In this document: one piece after another, positions 29,984 to 40,407 of the stretch | Layout of the letters: each line of letters starts with the position of its first letter | Numbering within the stretch: position 1 is the first letter of the stretch | Origin: Promethearchaeota archaeon | GTDB lineage: Archaea; Asgardarchaeota; Lokiarchaeia; Sigyniarchaeales; SOKP01 | Direction: 5' to 3' | DNA: 64,000 nt | NCBI GenBank assembly: GCA_019058445.1 | Contig: JAHPZA010000002.1 | Span: forward strand, 96,001 to 160,000 | Position numbers and translations under genes: made by a program | Notes under the pieces: model-generated | Told to the model about the DNA's origin: nothing | Databases searched by the model: none | What the model saw: only the letters and a program-made list of their open reading frames with translations

Positions 29984-30364
29984 TTATTTGGGAACTCCTC
30001 CTGCTCCTAGTTCAGAAAATTTTTTCAGGGTTGCATTTATACCATCATCAACAAGGTGATGTTGCGATTCATCTCTAATCATAGATTTTAAACGCCTTTT
30101 TAGAATTTCATTCAGTTCTTTAGCCACTTCAACAGCATTAGATCCTCTAGCTTCAATAGTAAAATCCAAACCAGGGTGATTTTTGTTCCACTCATTTATA
30201 GACAATAAAATGAATCCAGCAATTAAGTCTTTACTCAAAGGTATGTATTGTGAAGCTAATTCAGCGTAAAATTTAGTATTTTCCGTTTTTTCGATGGTTA
30301 GTTCAAGTGCAGAAATTTCTTTTTTAGCTTTATCTAACTTAGATTTTGACCAATTTATTGACAT
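29984..30364 (-). CDS. Hypothetical protein
   Basis: 126-aa ORF with ATG start and helical composition. Confidence 0.65.
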   Translation of the reverse strand: MSINWSKSKLDKAKKEISALELTIEKTENTKFYAELASQYIPLSKDLIAGFILLSINEWNKNHPGLDFTIEARGSNAVEVAKELNEILKRRLKSMIRDESQHHLVDDGINATLKKFSELGAGGVPK

Positions 30365-30653
30365 AACATATTAATTATAAAATTAGTATTTATATTTCTT
30401 TTGCATTAAATTCTATTCAACTTTCTTTATTGTTAGGAGAGATTCCATATTGATATGGTTCGAAAGATCTTCAAGTTGCTTTCTTTTTTTTTTCCAATTT
30501 AACAGTTTTTATTATATATAGGAGAAATTGACTTAATTTATTAAATAAATGATTTACTCTAAAGACGTTGTAGAAAGACAGATTAACTTTTTTATGTTTT
30601 TATTCAATAAATAAGTAATGGAATATAACAAAATAATTTATTAAAATTTTAAA

Positions 30654-31778
30654 ATGAAATTAAGCATTTATGGTACAGATTTTTTAATACTTATAGGAAA
30701 AGCTTTAGAAAGAGATGGGCATTGTGTTTTTTTTAATGAGTTTTCTCCTGATATTGATTTGATAATTATACAAAGTATGAAACAAATGTATAAGGTTTAT
30801 AGACTATTAAAAAGTATTAGAAAAAATAAAATCAAAATTATTAATTTTGTATTAGACATTCCTCCCTACAGATTGGAAAAAAGAAAAGGTCCAAGATCCT
30901 TAATTAGAACTGAAAATCAATTGTTATTTGATGACCAAAGAGCCAATAATACACTATTTAAGTATTTTCATCAAACTCTTTTTCATATTGGTGCCAAATA
31001 TTTATTGTTAAGTAAAATCTTAGGTTGTTTTTATTTAAATTCAATGAAAGGTAGTGGAATTTCTAAGTTTTTCTCAAGATTTATTCTGAAAATATTTAAT
31101 AAAACTTATATTAATAGAATATCATATCAAATATTTTATCGGAATTTTTTAAAAAAATCGGATTTGATTTTATGTGTATCAAAATATACTCAATATTGCC
31201 TCAAAAAATTCTTGAAACTTGATAGCAAATTATGCTATCAATGTGTTGATTCAGACTTCTTATTAAGTTTAGAATTACCATTTGAAAGTAAATATGACGC
31301 AATAAGCATAGGGAGGTTTGTTGATCGCAAGAGGCATGAGATATTTGTCAAAGCTGCTAAAAAATTAAGATTGAAAATATTAGTGATTGGAAGTCCAGAG
31401 GAACCATGGATCAAATTAGATTGTCCTCGTCATTATTTCCATAATATACATGATGTTTGGAGAGAATTATCAAAAGCACATATCTTCGTTGATTGCTCTA
31501 TATTTGAAGGTTTTGGAATGCCTCCGATTGAAGCAGCATATTTGAATAAAATTGTAATCGCATCAGATACATTTATTCACAGAGAAATTATAGGAGATTA
31601 TGCGCTCTATTTTAAAAAGGAAGATGTTGATGATTTAGTAGATAAAATACAAGTAGTTCGAAATAGGCATTATACTATTAACAAAAGGGAACTACAAAAA
31701 ATTAAGGAAAAATACTCTATTCAAGAAGCAAAAAAAAGATTATTAAATTATATTGAATCAGAATTTAAAATTTCTTAG
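30654..31778 (+). CDS. Glycosyltransferase family 4 (GT-B)
   Basis: IGRFVDRKR, EGFGMPPIEA and IASD motifs. Confidence 0.88.
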   Translation: MKLSIYGTDFLILIGKALERDGHCVFFNEFSPDIDLIIIQSMKQMYKVYRLLKSIRKNKIKIINFVLDIPPYRLEKRKGPRSLIRTENQLLFDDQRANNTLFKYFHQTLFHIGAKYLLLSKILGCFYLNSMKGSGISKFFSRFILKIFNKTYINRISYQIFYRNFLKKSDLILCVSKYTQYCLKKFLKLDSKLCYQCVDSDFLLSLELPFESKYDAISIGRFVDRKRHEIFVKAAKKLRLKILVIGSPEEPWIKLDCPRHYFHNIHDVWRELSKAHIFVDCSIFEGFGMPPIEAAYLNKIVIASDTFIHREIIGDYALYFKKEDVDDLVDKIQVVRNRHYTINKRELQKIKEKYSIQEAKKRLLNYIESEFKIS

Positions 31779-32022
31779 TTAACTGACTAATATCACTACT
31801 AATGTATTTCGAAAGATCTTCATTATGCATTCTTTTTTTAAATTCCTTTAGAATCGAAATTGCATCTTCTATTGAGCATTGTTTAGAGAATTTTGTTGAT
31901 TTTTGAAATTGGAAAGATCTATTACATTTCACACACTTTTTTGTTTTAATAAATCTATTAGTGTAATGCCACATACCACAGTGATAGCATCTAAAGAAAT
32001 AATAATTATTCATGTTGGGCAT
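31765..32022 (-). CDS. Small Zn-finger protein (DUF1922-like)
   Basis: Y.FRCYHCG...TKKCVKCNR pattern. Confidence 0.72.
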   Translation of the reverse strand: MPNMNNYYFFRCYHCGMWHYTNRFIKTKKCVKCNRSFQFQKSTKFSKQCSIEDAISILKEFKKRMHNEDLSKYISSDISQLTKKF

Positions 32023-32310
32023 ATTAATATCTTAATGAAAGCATTTGGTTAAAAATCCATTAAGTAACCTAATTTTGTAATTTTTTATCATTATTCTTAG
32101 ATATTTTGACAGATGTGGAGCTTTTCAAAGGAAACTAGGATTTACATTTAATATCCCTCTATATAGATTATATAGGATATATAGAGCGCTATATTCTATG
32201 GTCTATTAGAATAAATGTAATAAAAGTAAATATTCTATATAGCAAATCAGATTCATAATTGAAAATAATAGATTTTACAAAAAGAAAGGTTATAGGAGAC
32301 AGATTTTCTT

Positions 32311-32409
32311 ATGAAAGATAAGTATATATTTCTCATTGTGATTGCATTGGGAATTTTGGCAGGGGTAGCATACACCCTTATTGATAATTATATTAGATCT
32401 TTTATCTAA
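32311..32409 (+). CDS. Small single-TM membrane peptide (32 aa), not in the ORF track
   Basis: MKDKYIFLIVIALGILAGVAYTLIDNYIRSFI; GGAG upstream; ends 28 nt before the SBP gene. Confidence 0.55.
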   Translation: MKDKYIFLIVIALGILAGVAYTLIDNYIRSFI

Positions 32410-32437
32410 AACATAACTTGATTTATACACAAAAATC

Positions 32438-33568
32438 ATGAATCGTACGCGGAAAGCTGAAAAACGTAAGAAAAGAAAAATTATTTTATTGTTTATTTTA
32501 GGTTTCGCTATCGGTAACATCTCTACAAATATTGTATCATTTTTTTTTCAGGAAAAAGTCACTCACATATATATCATATATAGTTCTGAAAAGGCAAGCT
32601 GGATGACCTATGCTTATTCAGAGTTTTTAGAAGAGTGGAATATGAAGCACCCTGATGATAAGATAATAATACATATGCATCCTTATGGTTCATCGGACTC
32701 GATGATAAGCATTTTGAACGGAGAAATAACACCGACAATATGGAGCCCTGCAAGCTCCATATGGATGCCCCTATTAAATGAAAAATGGAAAGAATATATG
32801 GATACAGATAAAGATATTGTAGATATTGATGAAGCTGTAAAAATTATTTTTTCTCCTATAGTAATTGCCACATGGGAGGATTTTAACAAAACTCATAAAA
32901 TTCATGGATTTTCCGATTTATATGAGTTAAATAAAGATGATGATGTGGAAGTTAAAATGGCCCATACTGATCCAAGATTGTCAAATTCGGGATTTATGAG
33001 CACAATAATGGCATTATCTGCTAGCTCTGGAATCGATACTAAAGATTTAGAAATGGACGATTTAACAGATTCAGAAAACCAAAAATGGTTAACTACATTT
33101 GAATCTAGCGCTGTTATGTATGGAAAATCTACAGGATTTTTGGCTAGGTACATGCAAGATGGAGGTCCAGACAAATTAAATGTAGCCTTTCTCTATGAGA
33201 ATTTAATCAAAGATATTTCAAGTGAAGCGGAGGGAGGTAAAGTTATTGCTATATATCCAGAAGAGGGTACGATGTATAGTGATCATCCCTTTTGTATTTT
33301 AGATGCAGACTGGATTTCACCAAAACAACGAGAAGTAGCAGAGGAATTCCTAGATTTTCTGGAGGAAAGTAAAACTGTCAAAGATGCTATGGATTATGGT
33401 TTTAGACCAATCGATCAATCAATAGAATTAGACAAGGATGTGTTTGATTATGATGATAATGGAATTGCATATAATTTGACTGTTCCTGAATTAAAAACGC
33501 CTGATGATGGAGATGTATTAGAAAGAATCCCAGATCTATGGTTGCTTTGTAAAGCAACAGCGTATTAA
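32438..33568 (+). CDS. ABC transporter substrate-binding protein (membrane-anchored)
   Basis: N-terminal TM; YSSEK, WSPASS, TDP..SNSG, YPEEGT..SDHPF and GFRP motifs. Confidence 0.85.
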   Translation: MNRTRKAEKRKKRKIILLFILGFAIGNISTNIVSFFFQEKVTHIYIIYSSEKASWMTYAYSEFLEEWNMKHPDDKIIIHMHPYGSSDSMISILNGEITPTIWSPASSIWMPLLNEKWKEYMDTDKDIVDIDEAVKIIFSPIVIATWEDFNKTHKIHGFSDLYELNKDDDVEVKMAHTDPRLSNSGFMSTIMALSASSGIDTKDLEMDDLTDSENQKWLTTFESSAVMYGKSTGFLARYMQDGGPDKLNVAFLYENLIKDISSEAEGGKVIAIYPEEGTMYSDHPFCILDADWISPKQREVAEEFLDFLEESKTVKDAMDYGFRPIDQSIELDKDVFDYDDNGIAYNLTVPELKTPDDGDVLERIPDLWLLCKATAY

Positions 33569-33594
33569 TAATTAAAAATTATAAAGAGAATAAG

Positions 33595-35262
33595 ATGACA
33601 AAACAAACTGAAATTTTAAGTGAACGAGAAATAATTGATGAAATTGAATTACCTTTTAGTTTGAAATTCGATAGATTTTTTTCTAAGCCTGTATATCGTA
33701 AAAGTTTAGATGCAATAACTATATCTTTCTTTATCTTAGTTGTTATTGGCCCTATAATTTTCATTTTTTTAACAATCTTGCTGAATATTTCCACCATACA
33801 AAAGGAGGTTTTTAATGATAAATTGTTGGGAGATTTAAAATGGCAAATGATGCTTGAGTCTCTGATAATATCGTTTACAATCGCTGCAATTGCTGTGGCT
33901 GTCGATTTGGTTATAGCTTTTCCAACAGCCATTATTTTGACTCGTTATAAATTTAGAGGAAAGGAAATTATCGATGCCTTAGTGGATTTACCGATGGCAG
34001 TACCGACTGGAGCATTAGGCTTTTCCATTTTATTATTCTGGGGTCTTTTTCTCATTGAACCCGGATTCTATTTAATCCTTCTAGGACATGTAGTATTTAC
34101 TTTTCCTTATATAGTTCGTAATATGAAAATTGTTTTAGAAAAGGCAGATGTATTATATGAAGATGCTGCAAGAAGTTTAGGGGCACCAGGAGTTACTGTT
34201 TTTCGTACGATAACTCTTCCAATGATGAAAGAAGGTATTATCGCAGGAGCCATTCTTGCGTTCACGAGAAGCCTTGGCGAGACAGGAGCAACATTAATTT
34301 TATCAGGTTTAGTAGAGACATCACCTATTTTAATTGTCGGATTTCGTAGACAATTAGAGCTGCCTGCAGCTTCACTCCTTGCTGGAATCTTAATAGCAAT
34401 ATCAATTACACTTCTCTTTTCAGTTAAATTCTTTACAAGGAAGATTGGATTTCCTATTAAAAGTGTTTTACCCGAATTTGAAAGAAGATTAAGTCATAGA
34501 TATTTGCGGTATATAAGAGACGGATTGGTAGCAACGATTATTATTGTGATGATATTAGTTCCTTCATTTTACGTGATTTCTCAAGTATTTGATGTGACAA
34601 TAATTGATGAGGTATTTTTTGGCCCAGATTACAAATGGGCCTATTTATATGTAGCTTTAATGAATTCAATACAAATTGCTGCTCTAGCTGTTATTATTAA
34701 TCTGATTTTCGGTATACCTTTTGCTTTTATAATTGTCAAGAGAAATTGGGGAAAAGCCATAACTTTTTTAGATACAATCTTAGATATACCAATTGCAATA
34801 CCATCTGCTGCCCTTGGTTTTGCTGTATTTATGTTTTGGGGACCTGCCGGAATAGGCTTATTTCAACCAGGATTTTATATGATTCTATTTGTTCATGTTA
34901 CATTCACTTTTCCATATATGGTTCGACCTATTATTGGAGTTTTAGAATCTACTAATGTAGGGGTTGAAGAAGCTGCTCGAACTTTGGGAGCATCGAATAT
35001 GACTGTATTTAGGCGAATTACACTTCCAAGTATTAAGCAGGGAATTATTGCGGGGTGTATTATGGTTTTTACCCGCTCACTTGGAGAAACAGGGGCAACA
35101 ATCGTTGTTATGGGCGGGATACGAACAGTTCCAGTTTTAATAGTTGATTGGGTTGAGGCAAATGCTTTTCCTAGTGCTATATTCGCAAGTACTATCGTTA
35201 TTATTTTTAGTGCTTTCTTAATTTTTGCTTTAAGAACAGTTCGAAAAAAAGGAGGTGAATAA
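33595..35262 (+). CDS. ABC importer permease, two fused TM domains (FbpB/CysTW-like)
   Basis: Two EAA loops (EDAARSLGA, EEAARTLGA) and a duplicated FTRSLGETGAT. Confidence 0.9.
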   Translation: MTKQTEILSEREIIDEIELPFSLKFDRFFSKPVYRKSLDAITISFFILVVIGPIIFIFLTILLNISTIQKEVFNDKLLGDLKWQMMLESLIISFTIAAIAVAVDLVIAFPTAIILTRYKFRGKEIIDALVDLPMAVPTGALGFSILLFWGLFLIEPGFYLILLGHVVFTFPYIVRNMKIVLEKADVLYEDAARSLGAPGVTVFRTITLPMMKEGIIAGAILAFTRSLGETGATLILSGLVETSPILIVGFRRQLELPAASLLAGILIAISITLLFSVKFFTRKIGFPIKSVLPEFERRLSHRYLRYIRDGLVATIIIVMILVPSFYVISQVFDVTIIDEVFFGPDYKWAYLYVALMNSIQIAALAVIINLIFGIPFAFIIVKRNWGKAITFLDTILDIPIAIPSAALGFAVFMFWGPAGIGLFQPGFYMILFVHVTFTFPYMVRPIIGVLESTNVGVEEAARTLGASNMTVFRRITLPSIKQGIIAGCIMVFTRSLGETGATIVVMGGIRTVPVLIVDWVEANAFPSAIFASTIVIIFSAFLIFALRTVRKKGGE

Positions 35263-35264
35263 AG

Positions 35265-36410
35265 CTGCCAAGTATAGAACTCATGAATGTAACTAAAACA
35301 TTTGATGATGGGAAAGTTCTTGCTGTTGACAATATTTCTTTAATAATAAATGATGGAGATTATATATTTCTGCTTGGACCAAGTGGTTGCGGTAAAACTA
35401 CCACATTACGAATGATTGCAGGCCTAGAACAGCCAACAGAGGGAAAAGTGTTGATTGACGGTAAAGATGTTGAGGGAGTTCCGCCTGAAGACAGAGATAT
35501 GGGATTTATATTCCAGCATTTTGAAATATTCGATCAAATGACTGTTTGGGAAAATGTTACCTTTGGACTGGAAATGCGGGGATATGAGGAGGATTACATC
35601 ATTAAAGAAGCCAAAAAAGCATTAAAAACAGTTGAGTTATTAGAGTATGCTGATGAGTACCCTTCGATTTTTGGTAATCCAGGATTGCAAAAATTAGGAA
35701 TAGCAAGGGCCATAGCAACTGGGGCTAAAATTCTTATTATGGACGAACCACTAGGGTCTTTAGATCCCAAAGTTTCAAAAGTGTTTCGTCATGAATTAAG
35801 GAACCTCATTAAGGACTTAGGTCTTACTGCTATACATGTTACGCACAATCAAGAAGAAGCAATGGCAATTGCAGATAAAATTATTGTTATGAGGGCAGGA
35901 AGGATTCTTCAAATGGGCACACCATATGAATTATATGAAAATCCAAAAAGCATATTTGTTGCCAATTTTTTAGGAGAAACAAATTTTTTTCAGGGTTTTG
36001 TTCTAAAATTGCTCGGAGATGGAATAATAAAAATTTGGACTCGTTTAGGAGGTCCCAAATTATTTTGCAATGATTATGGTAATGGATTTAACTTAGATGA
36101 TAATATCGTTATAGCATTTCGGTATGAGGATATTTACCTATTTCCTTTAAATTATAATTTTGAAAAGAGCCGCTATGATTGGTCTAAAATGGAATTTTTT
36201 AAAGCCGTCTTAAAATCCAAGAGATTTATAGGGAGTACTAAAAGGTTTTATTTAGCTTTAGACAATGATGATAAATTCTTATCAACAAAACCGGGAACTT
36301 TTGTTGAAAACTACAAACCCGGAGAAGAATTAATCGTGGGTATCCACCAAGACGACATTCATGTATTTAAAGCCCCTGATGACCTTATGTATGAATTATC
36401 TTTAATGTAA
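35265..36410 (+). CDS. ABC transporter ATP-binding protein 1 (PotA/MalK-like), probable CTG start, degenerate signature motif
   Basis: GPSGCGKT, ILIMDEP, VTHN. Strong SD GGAGGTGA (35251-35258) precedes CTG at 35265, giving MPSIELMNVTKTF. Confidence 0.9.
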   Translation: MPSIELMNVTKTFDDGKVLAVDNISLIINDGDYIFLLGPSGCGKTTTLRMIAGLEQPTEGKVLIDGKDVEGVPPEDRDMGFIFQHFEIFDQMTVWENVTFGLEMRGYEEDYIIKEAKKALKTVELLEYADEYPSIFGNPGLQKLGIARAIATGAKILIMDEPLGSLDPKVSKVFRHELRNLIKDLGLTAIHVTHNQEEAMAIADKIIVMRAGRILQMGTPYELYENPKSIFVANFLGETNFFQGFVLKLLGDGIIKIWTRLGGPKLFCNDYGNGFNLDDNIVIAFRYEDIYLFPLNYNFEKSRYDWSKMEFFKAVLKSKRFIGSTKRFYLALDNDDKFLSTKPGTFVENYKPGEELIVGIHQDDIHVFKAPDDLMYELSLM

Positions 36411-36427
36411 AAGGAGGTAATATTTTT

Positions 36428-37651
36428 ATGGTAGAAATTAAATTAAAAAATGTTTCAAAGTCTTTTAAGGATTTGAAAGCACTTGACAATGTATCTCTTA
36501 CAATTAAGGATAAAGAATATTTCATAATACTCGGTCCGACTGGAGCTGGAAAAACAACCTTACTAAAAATAATTGGCGGACTTATCAAACCTGATTCTGG
36601 AGAAGTTCTTTTTAATAACAAAAACGTGACAAAGCTTAGTCCTGGAGAGAGGAACTTAGGTTTTATGTTTGAAAATTACGCATTATTCCCCCATATGACT
36701 ATTTATGATAATATTGCTTATAGCTCACGGGTTCATGCTCGAGACCCAAAACAGACTCAAAAAATAGTGGAACAAGTTTTAATGATGACTCTGTTGACTG
36801 GAAGAAACGAAGCCTTACCAGAGGAAATGAGCGGCGGAATGAAGCAACGAGTTGCACTCTGTCGTGCACTCATGAATTTAGAGCAAACCAAATTATTAAT
36901 ATTAGATGAGCCATTAAAAGCCCTCGATGCTGGACTTAGAATGAGTTTAAGAAGGGAATTATTATTAATGGCAAAATCTCAGTTATTAGAGTTAACTGTT
37001 ATACATGTGACGAATGAGGAAGAAGAAGCTATGATGCTTGCTGATAGAATAGCTGTTATGAATGAAGGAAAAGTTGTTCAAGTTGGAACACCTTATGAGA
37101 TATATTATCAACCTAAGAATCTTTTTGTAGCAAACTTTATGAGTGAAATAAATTATTTTAATGGCAAATGTGTAAAAAACGGAGAAGTGTTGAATCATAA
37201 TAATCTAAATTCTGAAAAATTGGATGATATATTTTTACAAATTAAAAAATCTTCAATTCCAATGCAAATCGATATCGGAATGAATAATTTTCTTACTGCT
37301 TTTATAGAAAGAAAGACCTATAACGAGATGAAAAATGGAGATAGAGTTCTATTGGTTGTTAGGGCCAATCATATTAAAATTCGGTTGGGTCATCGTAAGA
37401 AAGATAAACATAATGCCATCTTAGGAAGAATATCTAGAAGAAAATTTATGGGTGTTTTTTATCGATTTGAAGTGCTTGTAAAAATAAATGGTTCAGAAAA
37501 AATCATAATTGTAACAAATCCCGCTACTTCTGAAATCCATAATTCTATTTTAGAAGATTCAGAAGTTACAATTTATTTTCCGGAAGAGTTGGGAATTATC
37601 TTTAAGCATCCGGGAAAAGATGTTGTTAATAAAGTATTGAAATTAGAATAA
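36428..37651 (+). CDS. ABC transporter ATP-binding protein 2
   Basis: GPTGAGKT, MSGGMKQR, LILDEP; H-switch replaced (VTNE); SD GGAGGT upstream. Confidence 0.9.
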   Translation: MVEIKLKNVSKSFKDLKALDNVSLTIKDKEYFIILGPTGAGKTTLLKIIGGLIKPDSGEVLFNNKNVTKLSPGERNLGFMFENYALFPHMTIYDNIAYSSRVHARDPKQTQKIVEQVLMMTLLTGRNEALPEEMSGGMKQRVALCRALMNLEQTKLLILDEPLKALDAGLRMSLRRELLLMAKSQLLELTVIHVTNEEEEAMMLADRIAVMNEGKVVQVGTPYEIYYQPKNLFVANFMSEINYFNGKCVKNGEVLNHNNLNSEKLDDIFLQIKKSSIPMQIDIGMNNFLTAFIERKTYNEMKNGDRVLLVVRANHIKIRLGHRKKDKHNAILGRISRRKFMGVFYRFEVLVKINGSEKIIIVTNPATSEIHNSILEDSEVTIYFPEELGIIFKHPGKDVVNKVLKLE

Positions 37652-37685
37652 ATATGGTTAAAAAATACAATAAGAGGAAATAAAG

Positions 37686-38369
37686 ATGAGTTCATTATCT
37701 GAATGGTTTAAGTCTCGTAATGAGCAAAGTGTAATTAATAAGACATTAGTTCATATGCAAAAAATTCTGGAAGTTGTTGTTGAATTTGAAAAAGGATTGA
37801 CTTTTTACTTGGAAGAAAAAAATTTAGAACTCGCAATAAAAGTTTTCAACAGAGTTACGGAATTAGAACATCAAGCAGATAGAATCAGGCGGAATATATT
37901 AAATATGATCTCAAAAGCTGAAATTTCTATAACAATTCGTGAAAATTTAGTACACCTTACGCAAAGGATTGATGATATTGCAAATGCCACTAATGCTTGT
38001 GCCAGGATACTTCTCTACATGAACCATTCTGATTTTTTAAATTTAGAAAAAGAAGTTCATTCAAAACTTTTAGAAATTGTCAGAATTACTGTAGAGGCTG
38101 TTAAAAAAGTAAATAAAATGGTAAATGAAATATTAAAAATAGGTGAAGCTGAAATTCAAAAATTAGGGGAAGAGGTTAATATTTTAGAACACAAATGCGA
38201 TGAGTTGCGTTTTGATATCAATAAAATACTAGTTTCCAACCATCCGGATATTAATCCGTTCAGTGCAATCGAGATTCATAATTTTATATCAATAATAGAA
38301 GCTATTAGTGATAATGCTGAAGATGTTGCAGATTACATAATAATGCTAACAGTTGCAAAAAGAACATAA
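37686..38369 (+). CDS. DUF47/PhoU-like phosphate transport regulator
   Basis: LEHQADRIRR, DDIAN, LEHKCD and SDNAEDVAD motifs. Confidence 0.85.
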   Translation: MSSLSEWFKSRNEQSVINKTLVHMQKILEVVVEFEKGLTFYLEEKNLELAIKVFNRVTELEHQADRIRRNILNMISKAEISITIRENLVHLTQRIDDIANATNACARILLYMNHSDFLNLEKEVHSKLLEIVRITVEAVKKVNKMVNEILKIGEAEIQKLGEEVNILEHKCDELRFDINKILVSNHPDINPFSAIEIHNFISIIEAISDNAEDVADYIIMLTVAKRT

Positions 38370-38619
38370 TGGTAATACAAAACTCAAGGTTTTTTTTTTG
38401 TTATTTTATTCAAGTATGAGTTTAATTCTAAAATAAGAATAAATCAAGAAATCACAATTTTTTGGATATCTTTCTTAGGTTCTGCTATGGTTTTTTTACC
38501 TCTTTTTCATCTATATAGTCTATTTAGAGAATAATAATAATTCATATATGAATAATAAATTTAAATTATCTCTATAGATTATGTAAAATATATTTAGATT
38601 AGATTCACATATTAGAATA

Positions 38620-39291
38620 ATGATTGATCTTACTGATTTATCTGATAAAAACTTAAAGAAGTTAAAAATTGACGATTTAACCCATATGTTCATGGACAGT
38701 ATAAATGAACAGACTTTAAAAATGATCGAGGGAATAAATTATCTAATAAAAGAAGACTTCGATAATTTTGAAAAGAATTTAAGGTATGTTATTGACACTA
38801 AAACTGAAATTCAAATAAAAAAAGCATTTGAAGCGAAAATATTTAAGTCTAAACTTATGTTCTCAAAAGCAGATAGATTAAAGGTTTTTTCTAAAATAAA
38901 TGATATAAAAGATATTGGAGAATATTTAGCAAATAAATTACTTGTTTATAAAGTAGTATTTCCTGATGAAAAATTTAAACTCAGGATTGAGCTTATTCTT
39001 AAATATCTTAGAGAAATTTCGGTTAATTTGGTTGACGCGGTAAAGACAATAGGGACAGATTTAACACATGCCCATGATATCTGCGAACACATTAAAGATG
39101 AAAGAAGAAAAATGAGAGTTGAGGAGTGGAATTTATTAAGACGGCTTTGGAATTATGAAATGGATTATATTCCTAAAGAATTCATATATCTTAAAGAGAT
39201 GATTGAGGGCATTATGATGTTAGCCGACCATATTAAGAAATTTTCGGAGTATATTCAGTTCTTGGCTACTAAATATTATTACTTTAAATAA
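38620..39291 (+). CDS. Divergent DUF47/PhoU-like helical protein
   Basis: Similar length and helical repeat pattern; lies between a DUF47 gene and pit; acidic motifs degenerate. Confidence 0.55.
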   Translation: MIDLTDLSDKNLKKLKIDDLTHMFMDSINEQTLKMIEGINYLIKEDFDNFEKNLRYVIDTKTEIQIKKAFEAKIFKSKLMFSKADRLKVFSKINDIKDIGEYLANKLLVYKVVFPDEKFKLRIELILKYLREISVNLVDAVKTIGTDLTHAHDICEHIKDERRKMRVEEWNLLRRLWNYEMDYIPKEFIYLKEMIEGIMMLADHIKKFSEYIQFLATKYYYFK

Positions 39292-39313
39292 TCAAAACCT
39301 TGGGGTTAAATAT

Positions 39314-40345
39314 ATGGAATTTGAAATAGCGGGTATTATAGTTATTTTTTTAATCACATTAGCTATAGGGTTAGCATTTTCTATTGGTGCGAACGATGAG
39401 ACATCAGCACCCTTAGCCGCTGCGGGAACATTAAAGATAAGAATGGTGTTAATAATTGGGGGCGCGGCAATTGCATTTGGTACGATCTTCTTATCCCAAG
39501 GAGTCGCGAGTATGGTTGGAGAGAAAATTTTAGGACCGGGAATTAAATACACTATTTTCATGCTTTTTGCGGTATTAATAAGCAGTATAATATGGCTGGT
39601 GATCGGGTCCTTTGCAGGAATACCTTTATCCAGTACTCACAGTCTTATAGGGAGTATTTTTGGGGTAGTTATTGTATATGCATTGTTTTATGGAGGTGTG
39701 GATCCTGCCACAGCATTTAATTGGGATAAATTAGGAAGCGTTGTTATCTCATGGTTTTTAAGCCCATTATTTGGTCTTTTAGTAACGTACGGACTATATA
39801 AGCTAATCGAGAAGTTTTATTTATCAAAAAAAAAAGGATTAAATGAAATAGAGATTTCTGAGAAGAAATTTGCGTGGGCACTTGTGATAGCAATTATATT
39901 TGCAGAAATTTGGGTTGGAGCAAATTCAGCAGAAGCACTTGGTATATTATATGCGCTCTACAGCAATGGAGAAATAGATTTAGTTACTTATTATTTTTTT
40001 GTGGTAATATGTGCAATCCTAGCATTTTTGGGGTTATACATTGCTGGTCGCTATGTGATACGTAATTTGGCTAGTCAGCTAACGGATGCCCGTCCCTCTG
40101 ATGGTTTCATTATACAACTCAGTGCGGCTATAATATTAATGTTTTGCACCGTTTTTTATAGCGTTCCGATTAGTCACAGCCATGTCATCGTATTTAGTAT
40201 TATAGGCTTAAATATTGCGCAAAAGAAAGAAGTGGATTATGGAAAATTAGGCAAAATGTTTGTATTTTGGGTCTTAACGTTTCCGTTAGCAGCCCTTATG
40301 GCCGGACTTATCTACTTCGGATTTCTTTCATTTGGATTTTACTAA
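39314..40345 (+). CDS. pit: Inorganic phosphate transporter (PiT family)
   Basis: SIGAND, GIPLSSTHS, VGAN and PISHSH motifs. Confidence 0.9.
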   Translation: MEFEIAGIIVIFLITLAIGLAFSIGANDETSAPLAAAGTLKIRMVLIIGGAAIAFGTIFLSQGVASMVGEKILGPGIKYTIFMLFAVLISSIIWLVIGSFAGIPLSSTHSLIGSIFGVVIVYALFYGGVDPATAFNWDKLGSVVISWFLSPLFGLLVTYGLYKLIEKFYLSKKKGLNEIEISEKKFAWALVIAIIFAEIWVGANSAEALGILYALYSNGEIDLVTYYFFVVICAILAFLGLYIAGRYVIRNLASQLTDARPSDGFIIQLSAAIILMFCTVFYSVPISHSHVIVFSIIGLNIAQKKEVDYGKLGKMFVFWVLTFPLAALMAGLIYFGFLSFGFY

Positions 40346-40407
40346 TCTAAATAAAATATATATTTCTATATTTATTATTTAATCAATGAAAAAAAAAATA
40401 TGGTAGA

